53,908 nt of DNA from Microcoleaceae cyanobacterium (GCA_051652765.1 JBOFUV010000100.1:1-53908), one strand, 5' to 3'. Shown: positions 38,970-49,029, numbered from the stretch's first letter. Numbers and translations: made by a program. The notes: generated from the sequence alone by a model not told the origin.

Positions 38970-41900
38970 ACTCACTTTCCAGGGATTTACGAGTTTTCGA
39001 AAACGTCAGGTGATTGATTTTTCCCAGTTAGAACTTTTTGCAATTACTGGCCCAGTCGGAGCCGGAAAATCTTCGATTTTAGATGCCATGACCCTAGCAC
39101 TCTATGGAAAAGTTGCTCGCAATTTAAAAGCTTCAGAGTTACTGAATTTGGGCAGTAAAGTTCTAGAAATTGGTTTAAAATTCCAAGTTGGAGCGCAGCA
39201 ATACTATGTTTATCGAAAGTGGGAATATCAAACAAAAACTGCAAAAGTTACCTTTAGTTTAAATCAATGGATTGAAGGAGCATGGCAAGCTCTGGGAGAA
39301 CAAAAAGTTGGGGATATTGATGCTGCGATTGAGTCTATTTTAAGAATGGATTTTGAGACTTTTACTCGGGTTGTCCTTTTACCCCAAGGAGAATTTAGTA
39401 AGTTTCTCAAAGGCTCAGGCAAAGATCGTCGCGAAATTCTCCGACAATTAGTGGGGTATGAAATCTTTGAAAAGATGCGGTCTAGAGCCGAAGTATGCAA
39501 GGGCTCCCTGGGGAAAGAGTATGATCGTCTTCAATCAGAGTTGGCCAATTTAGTGACTCATCCTAAAGAGATATTAGAAAGTTGGCAAGATCAGTTACAA
39601 ACGTTGAGAGTTCAGGAACCTCAGTTAACAACAGAACTTACCCAAACTCAAATTGATCTTGAAAAAGAGAAAGGTTTACTTCAGCAAATACAGGTTTTAA
39701 GCCAATTTCAAGCAGAACTGAAACAGCATCAACAACGACAAGACGAAATTAAAATATTCCGGCAAAAATTAGATGCTTCTCGGATGGCAGAACGGCTCAG
39801 TGCCCCCTGGGAACTACTCACAAATACTCAGAAAAAGCAGACCGAACTTGTCCCTCAATTTAAACAATGCGCCTCAGATGTTCAATCCGCAAAGCAGAGT
39901 TTCAACATTCAAAATCATGCTTTAAATCAGTTTCGTGAACAAGCCCATCAGACCTATAATACATTGAAACAAAAACGTCTGGATTTAGAGGCTGCAATTG
40001 GTTTAGAAGCCCAACTTAAATTGCAACAGGCTGAAGTCGAAAAATCAAAGTCTCAACTCAAGCAAAAAGCTCAACAAGTTCAGCAAAGTAATCAGAAATT
40101 ACAACAAATCACCCAGAAACTCCAAAATCTTGAACAAGAATTACAGCAGGCCGATCAGACCTTGGCAAAAACGGCTCCCGGTGATGACTCTTTGCAGAAG
40201 TCTTTGCTGAGATTTGAGCAGGTTCAGCCTATGCTTCAAAAAGATATTATGTTGTGTGAACAACTGTTAGCAGACTGTCAATCTTTGCAAGATTTTGCTT
40301 CAGAGTTAGAAGACATCCAAGCACAGATTCTGAACATAACTGAAGACTGCGAACAGACCCAGACTCTGTACAATAGGATTGAAGCAGACTATCAGCAGGC
40401 GATCACGCTTAACTATGCAGCTGCGATCCGTAGCCATTTGCATCATGAGGATGAATGTCCTGTCTGTGGTGGGGTTTATCAATCATTCTCCTACTCAGAA
40501 GAAGCTGAAAATGATGCCAAGCTAAAGATTCTTAAAAACAACTTAGATCAGGCTTTAAATCAGTTAAAATCAGCTCAATCTTTACAACAAAAATCACAAA
40601 ATCATCTCGAAATTTTAAGGAGTCGTCAGGCAGATCTGGAGAAAGAATTTTCTGAACGCTCTAAGCAAGAAACTCTCTTGGGGCAACAGATTAATTCAAT
40701 TCTTGAAAGCTCTATTGTTGCAGAAATTGCTGGGAATTTAACCCTGAATGAAGTTTTTTCCCTCAAACTTAAAAAGCTATCTGAGCTTGAACAGAACTAT
40801 CAACATTTGCGAGCTATTGATCAGCAGTATCGGCAAATCCTGCGAATCAAAGAAAAGGCTGAAGCTGACTGCGATCGCCAGCAACAACTTCAAAGCTTAA
40901 CCCAGCAACAATTTGATTCTTTCCAGGCAGAGTACGAATTTTTACAAGAGAGTCTAGAGGCAAATTCTGATCAGCAATATCAAACTAATGTTCAACTCCG
41001 TGAAAAAATTGGCGAGGCTTCCTGTCAGAGCTTTAAACAATGGTTAGAGCAACAGGAACAAAAGCTAAATCAACAGTTAGAACAACTTCAAACTCAATGT
41101 CAACAATCGGAACAAACATTGCAGCGGCTTGAAGCAAACTATGATGCTTTGAAAACGCAGGTCGATCATCTAACTCAAGAGTTGAGCACTCGTCAATCTG
41201 ACTGGAAAAAAGCTTTAGAAACTGCAGGAATCGTAGAAGCTGATTTCCTGAAATCCAAGGCAGATCCAGTCCAACAAAAGCAGTGGGAATTACAAGTTAA
41301 GACATTCAATGATCGTCAGCTAGAACTAAGAACTCAAATCAGTCAAAAGCAATCTGAAGTTGGAGATCGAGCAGCCACAGAAGCCACGGTTGAGTACAAA
41401 GAACAACTCATTATTCAGGTCAGATCTCGATTGAATCAAGTTCAATCAGATATCAAACAGCTAGACCATCAAATTTCTCAGGAGGAGACGAATCGAAAAT
41501 TTGTGCAGGAAAAACAACAAGAATTAAACAGAGTCAATCAGGACTATCAAGATTACAATACCCTAGCCCTAGACTTACAAACCAATAATTTTCAGGAGTA
41601 TATTTTAGAAGAATTTCAACGCGAGTTAATTGCCAATGCCAATGTCATTCTCTGGCAACTGAGCGATCAGCGCTACATTTTGGACTATTCTAAGGGCAAC
41701 TATCGCATTGAAGATCACTGGAACGGGGGTGAACAGAGGGCCGTCAGCAGTTTGTCTGGGGGAGAAACGTTTGCGGCCTCTCTCGCCCTGGCCCTAGCGC
41801 TCTCTGAAAAATTAGCAAAAGGGGCACAGCTTGACAGCTTATTTATTGATGAAGGATTTGGCACCCAGGACGAAAATTCTTTGGAGATCGTGATTCAAGT

Positions 41901-42057
41901 GTTAGAATCTCTCCGGCAACAGCAACGATTAGTTGGAGTGATCAGCCACGTTCCGGCCATTGGAGAACGATTGGGAACCGAATTAAAAGTTGAAAAGTCC
42001 CCAGAAGGCTCACGGATTCGAGCTGAAGGGATCTTGGCGATCCCACCTGTTGCCTAG
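38956..42057 (+). CDS. sbcC: SbcC/Rad50 SMC-family ATPase
   Basis: GPVGAGKS, LPQGEF, Zn-hook CPVCG, LSGGE and FIDEGFG; long coiled coils; overlaps sbcD. Confidence 0.95.
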   Translation: MRPIELTFQGFTSFRKRQVIDFSQLELFAITGPVGAGKSSILDAMTLALYGKVARNLKASELLNLGSKVLEIGLKFQVGAQQYYVYRKWEYQTKTAKVTFSLNQWIEGAWQALGEQKVGDIDAAIESILRMDFETFTRVVLLPQGEFSKFLKGSGKDRREILRQLVGYEIFEKMRSRAEVCKGSLGKEYDRLQSELANLVTHPKEILESWQDQLQTLRVQEPQLTTELTQTQIDLEKEKGLLQQIQVLSQFQAELKQHQQRQDEIKIFRQKLDASRMAERLSAPWELLTNTQKKQTELVPQFKQCASDVQSAKQSFNIQNHALNQFREQAHQTYNTLKQKRLDLEAAIGLEAQLKLQQAEVEKSKSQLKQKAQQVQQSNQKLQQITQKLQNLEQELQQADQTLAKTAPGDDSLQKSLLRFEQVQPMLQKDIMLCEQLLADCQSLQDFASELEDIQAQILNITEDCEQTQTLYNRIEADYQQAITLNYAAAIRSHLHHEDECPVCGGVYQSFSYSEEAENDAKLKILKNNLDQALNQLKSAQSLQQKSQNHLEILRSRQADLEKEFSERSKQETLLGQQINSILESSIVAEIAGNLTLNEVFSLKLKKLSELEQNYQHLRAIDQQYRQILRIKEKAEADCDRQQQLQSLTQQQFDSFQAEYEFLQESLEANSDQQYQTNVQLREKIGEASCQSFKQWLEQQEQKLNQQLEQLQTQCQQSEQTLQRLEANYDALKTQVDHLTQELSTRQSDWKKALETAGIVEADFLKSKADPVQQKQWELQVKTFNDRQLELRTQISQKQSEVGDRAATEATVEYKEQLIIQVRSRLNQVQSDIKQLDHQISQEETNRKFVQEKQQELNRVNQDYQDYNTLALDLQTNNFQEYILEEFQRELIANANVILWQLSDQRYILDYSKGNYRIEDHWNGGEQRAVSSLSGGETFAASLALALALSEKLAKGAQLDSLFIDEGFGTQDENSLEIVIQVLESLRQQQRLVGVISHVPAIGERLGTELKVEKSPEGSRIRAEGILAIPPVA

Positions 42058-42125
42058 AGATCCTAATCTCAAATCCGGTTGATAGTCGTATTTTATTGTT
42101 TTGAAACCCCTGCGATGGGGGGATT

Positions 42126-42947
42126 TCAGGAATTGTCGTGGGCAAATCGACGGTAGAGGAAATCTAGGGCATAGTTGCGGACATTGTAGTATTCTACGGT
42201 TTCCATGATTTGGGCGCGATCGCGAGGCCGTTCAAAAGGAATTTCCACCACTTCACCGATAGTAGCCGAGGGGCCGTTGGTCATCATCACCAACCGATCG
42301 GCGAGAAACAAAGCTTCATCAATGTCGTGGGTAATCATCAACACAGTGCAACGATGTTCATTCCAGATTTTGAGCAACTCTTCCTGCAATTCTTCCTTTG
42401 TGATCGCATCCAAGGCTCCAAAGGGTTCATCGAGAATCAATACTTCTGGACGAATGGCCAGGGCGCGGGCGATCGCAGCCCGCTGTTTCATCCCGCCAGA
42501 GATTTGGGTGGGTTTCTTCTCCGCCGCTTCTGACAATCCCACCATGGCCAAATGTTCTCGCACAATTGCCCGTTTCTCTGCTTGGGATTTGCGGGGATAG
42601 ACTGCGTTAACGGCTAGATAAACGTTGTCGAACACGCTGCGCCAAGGCAGCAGGGCATAGTTCTGGAACACCACCATCCGATCAGGCCCAGGCTTGACAA
42701 TCGGTTGACCCTGGAGTAAGACCTTACCGGAACTAGGCTGGTTAAAGCCGGAAACCATATTTAACAAGGTTGATTTGCCACAGCCGGAGTGACCAATCAC
42801 GCAGATGAATTCTCCCTGATTTACCGTTAAGTTGACATCAGTCAACACGGCATAAGGGCCTTTGGGCGAAGGATAAACCTTACTCACGTTTTCAAAGCTG
42901 AGGAAGGATTGAGTCCGTTGTAGGGGTTTGACAACTGTTTTCTGCAT
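42126..42947 (-). CDS. cmpD: Bicarbonate ABC transporter BCT1 ATPase
   Basis: GHSGCGKS, ISGGMKQR and LDEPFGALD; last gene of the cmp operon. Confidence 0.88.
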   Translation of the reverse strand: MQKTVVKPLQRTQSFLSFENVSKVYPSPKGPYAVLTDVNLTVNQGEFICVIGHSGCGKSTLLNMVSGFNQPSSGKVLLQGQPIVKPGPDRMVVFQNYALLPWRSVFDNVYLAVNAVYPRKSQAEKRAIVREHLAMVGLSEAAEKKPTQISGGMKQRAAIARALAIRPEVLILDEPFGALDAITKEELQEELLKIWNEHRCTVLMITHDIDEALFLADRLVMMTNGPSATIGEVVEIPFERPRDRAQIMETVEYYNVRNYALDFLYRRFAHDNS

Positions 42948-43019
42948 GGTTAAAGCTGCTTGAATGTTTAGGTTAATGTTGGGTTTAGGTTTGAGGTTAA
43001 GTTTGAGTTTTACCTTGGA

Positions 43020-43084
43020 TTCTGGCTTGAAGTTCTGGCTTGAAGTTCTGGCTTGAAGTTCTGGCTTGAAGTTCTGGCTTGAAG
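43020..43084. repeat. 13-bp tandem repeat TTCTGGCTTGAAG x5 (perfect)
   Basis: Units at 43020, 43033, 43046, 43059 and 43072, in the cmpC-cmpD spacer. Confidence 0.95.
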
Positions 43085-43204
43085 CTCAGGGTTAATACTC
43101 AGGGTTAAATCGCGGCGTGATCCTGTTCCCAGAACCCCTAACTCAACTGGCTCATACATTACCGTTGGTTAGGGGGATGGCTCTAGCCAAGGGAATACCA
43201 AGAT

Positions 43205-45205
43205 TCAAGCCACTCGACGCGGCAGATCTAGAACAATGTCGGCGGTGGTAAAGTCCCGCTTGATGTTTAGATCGTTCAGGTATCCTAGGGGATCTTCTGT
43301 GTCAAAGGTTGTACCATCAAACAGTTGAATTTTGCCCTTGGTGTAACTGATGTCCGACAGTTCCAACTCGCGGGCGGCAATGCTAAATACCCCGACCCGA
43401 CAAATCCGCTCTAAAATCTCCACCCAATTCCGAGGGAAGGGCGTATCCCCCCACCGCGCCATCTGCACCATATGCCAGAGTTGTTCAGTGCGACTGGGAC
43501 GGTTCACCCCATTTCCAAAGAACATGTGGTGGGTGTAGGAGCACATATTTTTGTCTACAGGGCAGGCATCGGCATCGGATTCCTGCAAATGAATGTATTC
43601 CATCGGCGTTGCCACGTATTCCCGACGGGAGAGGATTTCCCGAACTTCCTCCGAGTGATTTGGATCGGCGCAATATCGACCCGCTTCTAACAAGGCTTTC
43701 ACCAATGCAATATGCGTATTGGGATAGGCAGCCGCCCAATCTTCCCGAACCCCCAGAACTTTACCTGGATGTCCCGGCCAGATTTCCAGGTCTGTCGCAA
43801 CAATGAAACCAACTCCCTCCACCGCCGCTCGCAAACTCCAGGGATCACCCACACAGAATCCGTCGATTGTATTGTTCCGTAAGTCCACCAACATTTGGGC
43901 GGGCGGAATAGTTTGCAAGTTGACATCCAGATCCGGATCAATACCACCGGAGGCCAGCCAATAACGGAGCAACAAGTTGTGCATAGAGGAGGGATGCACC
44001 ATACCAATCCGGTGTTCTTGACCGTCTAGGGCGAGTAACATCTGACGGTAGTTCTCTAATGTCCGAATTCCTTTGTCATAAAAGTCGCGAGACAGGGTAA
44101 TCGAATTGCCGTTGCGGGTCATGGTTAGGGAGGTAACAACGGCTAAAGGCTTGTTGTTCTGTCCCCCTAAGGATATCCACAAAGGCATTCCAGACGGCAT
44201 TTGGGCGGCATCCAGGTATCCTGCCACAATCCCATCACTAACACCGCGCCAACTGGTTTCCCGGATCAGACTCACCTCATCCAAGCCATGTTTTGTGAAG
44301 AAACCCTTCTCCTTGGCTACAGCCAGGGGGGCACAGGCCACCAGGGGAATGAAGCCAATATCCAAGTTGACTTTTTCTAAACCGTGACGGGCGATCACCT
44401 TTGTGGATTTGGCCCGCATTTTCTTTACCCGCTTCTGTTGATTGAGGAAGTAAATCATCTCACTCCGCAAGCTGTAGTAGCTGGGGTGCTCCACCACTTC
44501 CATGCGCTGGCGGGGCCGGGGGATATCCACCTCAAGAATCTGCCCAATCTGGGATTCTGGCCCATTGGTGAGCATGACAATCCGGTCAGATAGCAACACC
44601 GCTTCATCGACATCGTGGGTTACCATCAAGGCAGAAATTTGGTTGGTTTCGCAAATTTTCATCAGTTGCTCTTGCAAGTTTCCTCGAGTTAAGGCATCCA
44701 AGGCCCCAAAGGGTTCATCCAGCAGGAGTAACTTGGGCCGTAGGGCAAGGGCACGGGCGATCGCCACCCGTTGTTTCATGCCGCCAGAGAGTTGGGCGGG
44801 GTATTTGTCGGGAGCATGGCTCAATCCCACCATATCAATGTGATTGTCAATAATGGAATTGCGCTCTTCCTTCGGTAAATCTTTCATCACCGAATCTACA
44901 GCCAAGGCGATATTTTCCCGCACAGTGCGCCAAGGTAACAAAGAATAGTTTTGGAAGACCACCATTCGATCTGGCCCCGGTTGGGTAATCCGTTGTCCTT
45001 CCAGGGTAACCAGACCTTCTGTGGGGTTGTCTAATCCAGCTACCATGTTCAGCAACGTTGATTTTCCACACCCAGAATGACCAATCAAAGAGACAAATTC
45101 ACCCGACTTAATCTGCAAATCAATACCCTTGAGGGCAATATATTCGCCTCCGCCCGCTAGGGCAAAAGTTTTTCCAACTTGTTCGGCGCTTACCAGACTC
45201 GTCAT
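43205..45205 (-). CDS. cmpC: Bicarbonate ABC transporter BCT1 ATPase with C-terminal solute-binding-like domain
   Basis: Start revised to ATG 45205 (MTSLVSAEQV, 666 aa); ABC motifs followed by an NrtA/CmpA-like domain. Confidence 0.9.
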   Translation of the reverse strand: MTSLVSAEQVGKTFALAGGGEYIALKGIDLQIKSGEFVSLIGHSGCGKSTLLNMVAGLDNPTEGLVTLEGQRITQPGPDRMVVFQNYSLLPWRTVRENIALAVDSVMKDLPKEERNSIIDNHIDMVGLSHAPDKYPAQLSGGMKQRVAIARALALRPKLLLLDEPFGALDALTRGNLQEQLMKICETNQISALMVTHDVDEAVLLSDRIVMLTNGPESQIGQILEVDIPRPRQRMEVVEHPSYYSLRSEMIYFLNQQKRVKKMRAKSTKVIARHGLEKVNLDIGFIPLVACAPLAVAKEKGFFTKHGLDEVSLIRETSWRGVSDGIVAGYLDAAQMPSGMPLWISLGGQNNKPLAVVTSLTMTRNGNSITLSRDFYDKGIRTLENYRQMLLALDGQEHRIGMVHPSSMHNLLLRYWLASGGIDPDLDVNLQTIPPAQMLVDLRNNTIDGFCVGDPWSLRAAVEGVGFIVATDLEIWPGHPGKVLGVREDWAAAYPNTHIALVKALLEAGRYCADPNHSEEVREILSRREYVATPMEYIHLQESDADACPVDKNMCSYTHHMFFGNGVNRPSRTEQLWHMVQMARWGDTPFPRNWVEILERICRVGVFSIAARELELSDISYTKGKIQLFDGTTFDTEDPLGYLNDLNIKRDFTTADIVLDLPRRVA

Positions 45206-45242
45206 AATTTCTCCAGAGTTTTTTAGAGTACAATTTAATCCC

Positions 45243-45274
45243 TCTAAACTTCCCCTTGAAAAGGGGAATTTAGA
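45243..45274. repeat. Intergenic hairpin (CCCCTT-gaa-AAGGGG type)
   Basis: TCTAAACTTCCCCTT-gaa-AAGGGGAATTTAGA between cmpB and cmpC. Confidence 0.6.
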
Positions 45275-45311
45275 CAATTTTGTTCGGTTATTCCTTTGGG
45301 AAAGGGGGGAT

Positions 45312-46160
45312 TTATTTCTGGCTGCCGGGAATGATGAAATTCTGCAACCAGGCAATACCGCGATCCAGTAGTAAACCCACTGCACCGATGTAAACAACGG
45401 CCAAAATAATGTCGCTGATGTAGTTCTGTTGATAGGCATCCCAGATGAAAAACCCAATTCCAACAATCCCAGACATGACGATTTCCGCCGCAATAATTGC
45501 CAACCAAGCCAATCCAATCGCAATCCGTAACCCAGTGAAAATATAGGGCAACGCGGAGGGAAACAGAATATTGGTGTAGTATTCTCGGCGAGACAGTTGC
45601 AACACCCGAGCAACGTTATTGTAGTCATCCGGAATTTGCTTAACTCCTTCTTTGGTATTAATTAAAATTGGCCAAATTGAGGTGATAAAGATGACAAAAA
45701 TAGCTGCGGGTTGGTTTTTCTGTAGGGCAACCAAGGCAATTGGAACCCAAGCCAAAGGTGCGATCATTCGGAGGAATTGAAAGAGTGGATCTAAGGCTTT
45801 ATCAATTTTAGGGTTTGTTCCCACCAAAACCCCAGCGCTAATGCCAACAATTGCTGCCAAGGAATAACCTTGAGCAACCCGTCCCAAACTGGCTAGCGTT
45901 TGCCAGAATAACCCTTTATCTAAGCCCCCTCGATCATAGAAGGGATACATCAAAAGAATCCGTGTGCGCTCATCTGTCCAGACACTTGCTGGCCCAGGTA
46001 GTCGAGTAAAACCGGCTGAAGAGCAAAACTGCCATATTAGCAAAAACCCAAGAGTTCCGATGATTGGCAGAACGATATCTTGAGAATTTTTCTTCCAATA
46101 AGAACGAACTGAATAAATTGGATCAAATCCGCTGTCTTTACTTTTTAAGGTCGTGGTCAT
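45312..46160 (-). CDS. cmpB: Bicarbonate ABC transporter BCT1 permease
   Basis: PFYDRGGLDKGLFWQTLASLGRV, PLAWVPIAL and AWLAIIAAE. Confidence 0.9.
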   Translation of the reverse strand: MTTTLKSKDSGFDPIYSVRSYWKKNSQDIVLPIIGTLGFLLIWQFCSSAGFTRLPGPASVWTDERTRILLMYPFYDRGGLDKGLFWQTLASLGRVAQGYSLAAIVGISAGVLVGTNPKIDKALDPLFQFLRMIAPLAWVPIALVALQKNQPAAIFVIFITSIWPILINTKEGVKQIPDDYNNVARVLQLSRREYYTNILFPSALPYIFTGLRIAIGLAWLAIIAAEIVMSGIVGIGFFIWDAYQQNYISDIILAVVYIGAVGLLLDRGIAWLQNFIIPGSQK

Positions 46161-46345
46161 CTCAAGTTAACTCCTTGCACGCAATTACAAAACCTACAAA
46201 AATTGAATGGATTAATCTGCCTAACTGAAAAGGTACTTCAATCAAAAAAAAGTGAATGAAAACAGGCATAGCTATCGTGGACTAAATCTCTTTCCTTTCA
46301 GGAAACTGGTTGAACTTTTTCAGAGTTCACATTGTTAGTAGTGTT

Positions 46346-46405
46346 AAAAAATCGGCTTCTAGCTGGAAAAGCCAGCACAATTCTAACTCTCAAGCTAGAA
46401 ACCGA
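46346..46405 (-). terminator. Intercistronic stem-loop with U-tract after cmpA
   Basis: Minus strand TCGGTTTCTAGCT...AGCTAGAAGCCGA followed by TTTTTT. Confidence 0.55.
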
Positions 46406-46521
46406 GTCACTGCTATGCAGATTTAATCCTTTACTAAGCCTCTAGAGGAAGTAGGTGGGCGGGCAACGTTGCCCTCTGAATCTTTTGGTGAAAAGCATAA
46501 TGAACCTTGAATTAAACTTGT

Positions 46522-47892
46522 TTAAACTCGCTTGATTTTCAAACTATCGAGGTAGGCTTGGGGATTTTCAGGATTAAATTCAACCCCATCAAAGAATTTC
46601 TCAATACCCCGTGAAGTTTGGGCTGGAATATCTGCGGTCAATCCTGCTTCTGTTGCGGCTTCTTTCCACAAATCTTCACGGTTGACCTTGTCAATTAAGG
46701 CTTTGACTTGCGTAAAATCTTTGAAGTAATTATTATGAAATCCCCAACGCATTGTTTCCGTTAAAAACCATAAATCATGGCTTTTGTAAGGATATGAAAC
46801 ACTTCCTATCGGGTCTTTCCAGTACAACGGCCCCATTTCAAACTGGTTGATTTCAGGCTTGCCATCTCCCATTTGATATTTGCCTTCAAAGGGGCGAGTA
46901 ATCACTTCAGGGGGAATATTAAAGAAGTTCCGTCCAGAAACAATTTGAATCAATTCAGGTCTATTTTCTGGCTGATCGCACCATTGCTGAGCTTCCATCA
47001 ATCCTTTAAGCAAGGCTTTCGTTGCTTTGGGATTTTTGTCAACCCAATCAGCTCGAATCGCTAGGTGTTCTTCAGGATGAAAGGGCCACATTTGTGTGGT
47101 CAAACATCCCATGAAACCGATTTGGTCAGTCACAATTCGGTAAGGCCAAGGATCACCCGTACTGAAGGCATCCATGGTGCCATTTCGCATCCCTTGAACA
47201 GTTTCCGCTGGGGGAACGGCCAGCAAGTCAATATCGTTGTCCGGATCAACCCCTCCAGCCGCAAACCAGTAGCGAATCCAGAAGTCTTGATTCACACTTG
47301 GAAAGGTGTGGGCCGCTTTGAATTTCCGACCGTTAGTGGTGGCAAAGTCTTTGATGTAGGCAGCAGCGTTGGTAATATCTAGCCCCAGTCCCTTGCCCAG
47401 ATGGGCATTGGCTACCGCAACCCCATTACCATTGGTATTCAACTTGGCGAGAACATACATGGGAACGGGTTTCCCCCCGGTAATGATCCCTTCTGTGATT
47501 AAGTGGGGCATGGGCATTTGCCACTGCCCACCGTCAATGCCACCTCCTGCTGAACCAATGGTGACGTTGTCTCTGGCAGAAGCCCAGTTGGCTTGCTTGG
47601 AAACCTCTACGTCCTTCATGCCATATTTGGCAAAAAATCCTTTTTCTTGGGCAATGATTAACGGCGCTGATTCCACGATGGGAATAAAACCGAGCTTAAT
47701 CGTTGTTACTTCTGGGGCTTGCTCAGGGCTGACATTTGCGGGAGCTTGAGCTTCAGGCGCGGGAGACGTTGTTGTCCCTACGGGTTCGGGGGGGTTGCCT
47801 AAACAGCCTTTGAGGAACACAGAGCTTAGGGCAGAAGCACTCGCAACCTGCAAAAATTTACGCCGGGATTGCGGATGGAAAAAATCAGACAT
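46522..47892 (-). CDS. cmpA: Bicarbonate-binding lipoprotein of BCT1
   Basis: SRRKFL twin-Arg signal and LKGC lipobox; [40 protein letters not shown] and HPEE match recalled CmpA rather than NrtA; AGGAGG before ATG 47892. Confidence 0.92.
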   Translation of the reverse strand: MSDFFHPQSRRKFLQVASASALSSVFLKGCLGNPPEPVGTTTSPAPEAQAPANVSPEQAPEVTTIKLGFIPIVESAPLIIAQEKGFFAKYGMKDVEVSKQANWASARDNVTIGSAGGGIDGGQWQMPMPHLITEGIITGGKPVPMYVLAKLNTNGNGVAVANAHLGKGLGLDITNAAAYIKDFATTNGRKFKAAHTFPSVNQDFWIRYWFAAGGVDPDNDIDLLAVPPAETVQGMRNGTMDAFSTGDPWPYRIVTDQIGFMGCLTTQMWPFHPEEHLAIRADWVDKNPKATKALLKGLMEAQQWCDQPENRPELIQIVSGRNFFNIPPEVITRPFEGKYQMGDGKPEINQFEMGPLYWKDPIGSVSYPYKSHDLWFLTETMRWGFHNNYFKDFTQVKALIDKVNREDLWKEAATEAGLTADIPAQTSRGIEKFFDGVEFNPENPQAYLDSLKIKRV

Positions 47893-48270
47893 AAAAACCT
47901 CCTGACAGTTTTGTTGAACCAATAAAAGACTGCTGCTTATTATGGGTTTAAAATGATGGAAATCAAGACAAGTTCTAATCGTTAAATCTCAAAAAAACCG
48001 TCGATTAAATCTTCTCAAGGACAATTGAAAAAGAACCAAGACACAAGTTAACTAAGGTTTAGTGGCTTTTAAACATCTCAATTTGAGATGCTATAAAAAC
48101 AAACTAAGTCTTTGAACTGGTGGAGAAAAACCTTTTAAGATTTCTCTCATGCTAGTAGTTTACAGACTTTTTGAAAAAGTTCATCAAATTCAACCTCATA
48201 TAAACTAACGATTTTCGATAAAACAATTAGTTTTTACTTATTGATTGATGTAGCAACTTATGATGTCAAT

Positions 48271-48288
48271 CATAGATTTAAGTCTATG
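48271..48288. promoter_or_regulatory. LysR (NdhR/CcmR or CmpR-type) operator ATAG-N8-CTAT upstream of cmpA
   Basis: CATAGATTTAAGTCTATG near-palindrome about 380 nt upstream of cmpA. Confidence 0.65.
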
Positions 48289-48330
48289 GTCACTATACCA
48301 TGGCGCATGAACACTTTTATCTTGGAGGGA

Positions 48331-48480
48331 TTATTCCTGAGTCAGCTTCACCAGCCGTTCAGCCAGAGCCTTTACCATTGAGCGATTAGAGACATCTTCT
48401 CCTCGTTCTAGGTAGTGAACCTTGCCTTCCAGAATCGGCAGTGTATGTTCAATCACATCAACTTTCCCTGAGTTGATCAT
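48331..48480 (-). pseudogene. C-terminal fragment of a P-loop ATPase (paralog of 49030-49260)
   Basis: Hand translation MINSGKVDVIEHTLPILEGKVHYLERGEDVSNRSMVKALAERLVKLTQE*. Confidence 0.7.
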
Positions 48481-48612
48481 TCTCTGCGATCGCATTGGAT
48501 GGGATGGAACGGTTTAGTTGATGTAGTTGATGTAGTTGATGAATTTTAAGCCTAAGAAGCATGAGCCTCCTTTTTAATAGGCTTCTAATAATTCTGATTT
48601 ATTCGAAGAGAA

Positions 48613-48686
48613 TGCGCCCGAAGGGACTTGAACCCCCAACCCTTAGTTCCGAAGACTAATGCTCTATCCAATTGAGCTACGGACGC
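48613..48686 (-). tRNA. trnR-UCG: tRNA-Arg (anticodon UCG)
   Basis: GCGTCCG/CGGGCGC acceptor stem plus A73; D-arm GCTCAATTGGATAGAGC; anticodon arm TTAGT-CTTCGGA-ACTAA; T-loop TTCAAGT; CCA not encoded. Confidence 0.93.
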
Positions 48687-48759
48687 AGATTTCCGAGCCT
48701 ACAGATCAAGTTGAATCTGTAGACTTTGACATCTTAATCATACAGGATTGTGCCTGATG

Positions 48760-48794
48760 GTTTCCAACAAATCCGATTCACTCAATTGGTATCT
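48760..48794 (-). CRISPR. Orphan degenerate CRISPR-like repeat (not an intact array)
   Basis: Minus strand AGATACCAATTGAGTGAATCGGATTTGTTGGAAAC resembles a recalled cyanobacterial type III repeat, CCCTACCGATTGGGTTAAATCGGATTAGTTGGAAAC; it lies downstream of a Csx3-ATPase-like remnant. Confidence 0.5.
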
Positions 48795-49029
48795 ACTTAA
48801 CCTGTTAACCTGCAGTAAGTCTTTTGAACATGAGTCTGACAAAACAAAGATTGACCTTGGTTGTGGCGTGCCCAAGAGTTCTCTCAAAGTTTTTGACTAA
48901 ACTCTTGCATCTTTTACATCTGAATTTTTGCCAGATGCTAAAGTTGAGGTTTTGTTGGTCGAGTACCACGCATCATATGGAGAATCGAGCGTCAATTATT
49001 ATCCAAGATGAGAGAAAATCAGTAAGTTT

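Noticed and set aside
43020..43084. Tandem repeats here and at 2612-2674 as CRISPR arrays
   Set aside because: 13-14 bp units with no spacers.
45206..45628. 141-aa N-terminal extension of cmpC in the ORF track
   Set aside because: It overlaps cmpB in another frame; the ABC domain begins at ATG 45205.
42126..47892. Nitrate transporter nrtABCD
   Set aside because: The binding protein matches CmpA motifs, there is no adjacent nirA or narB, and a LysR-type site lies upstream.
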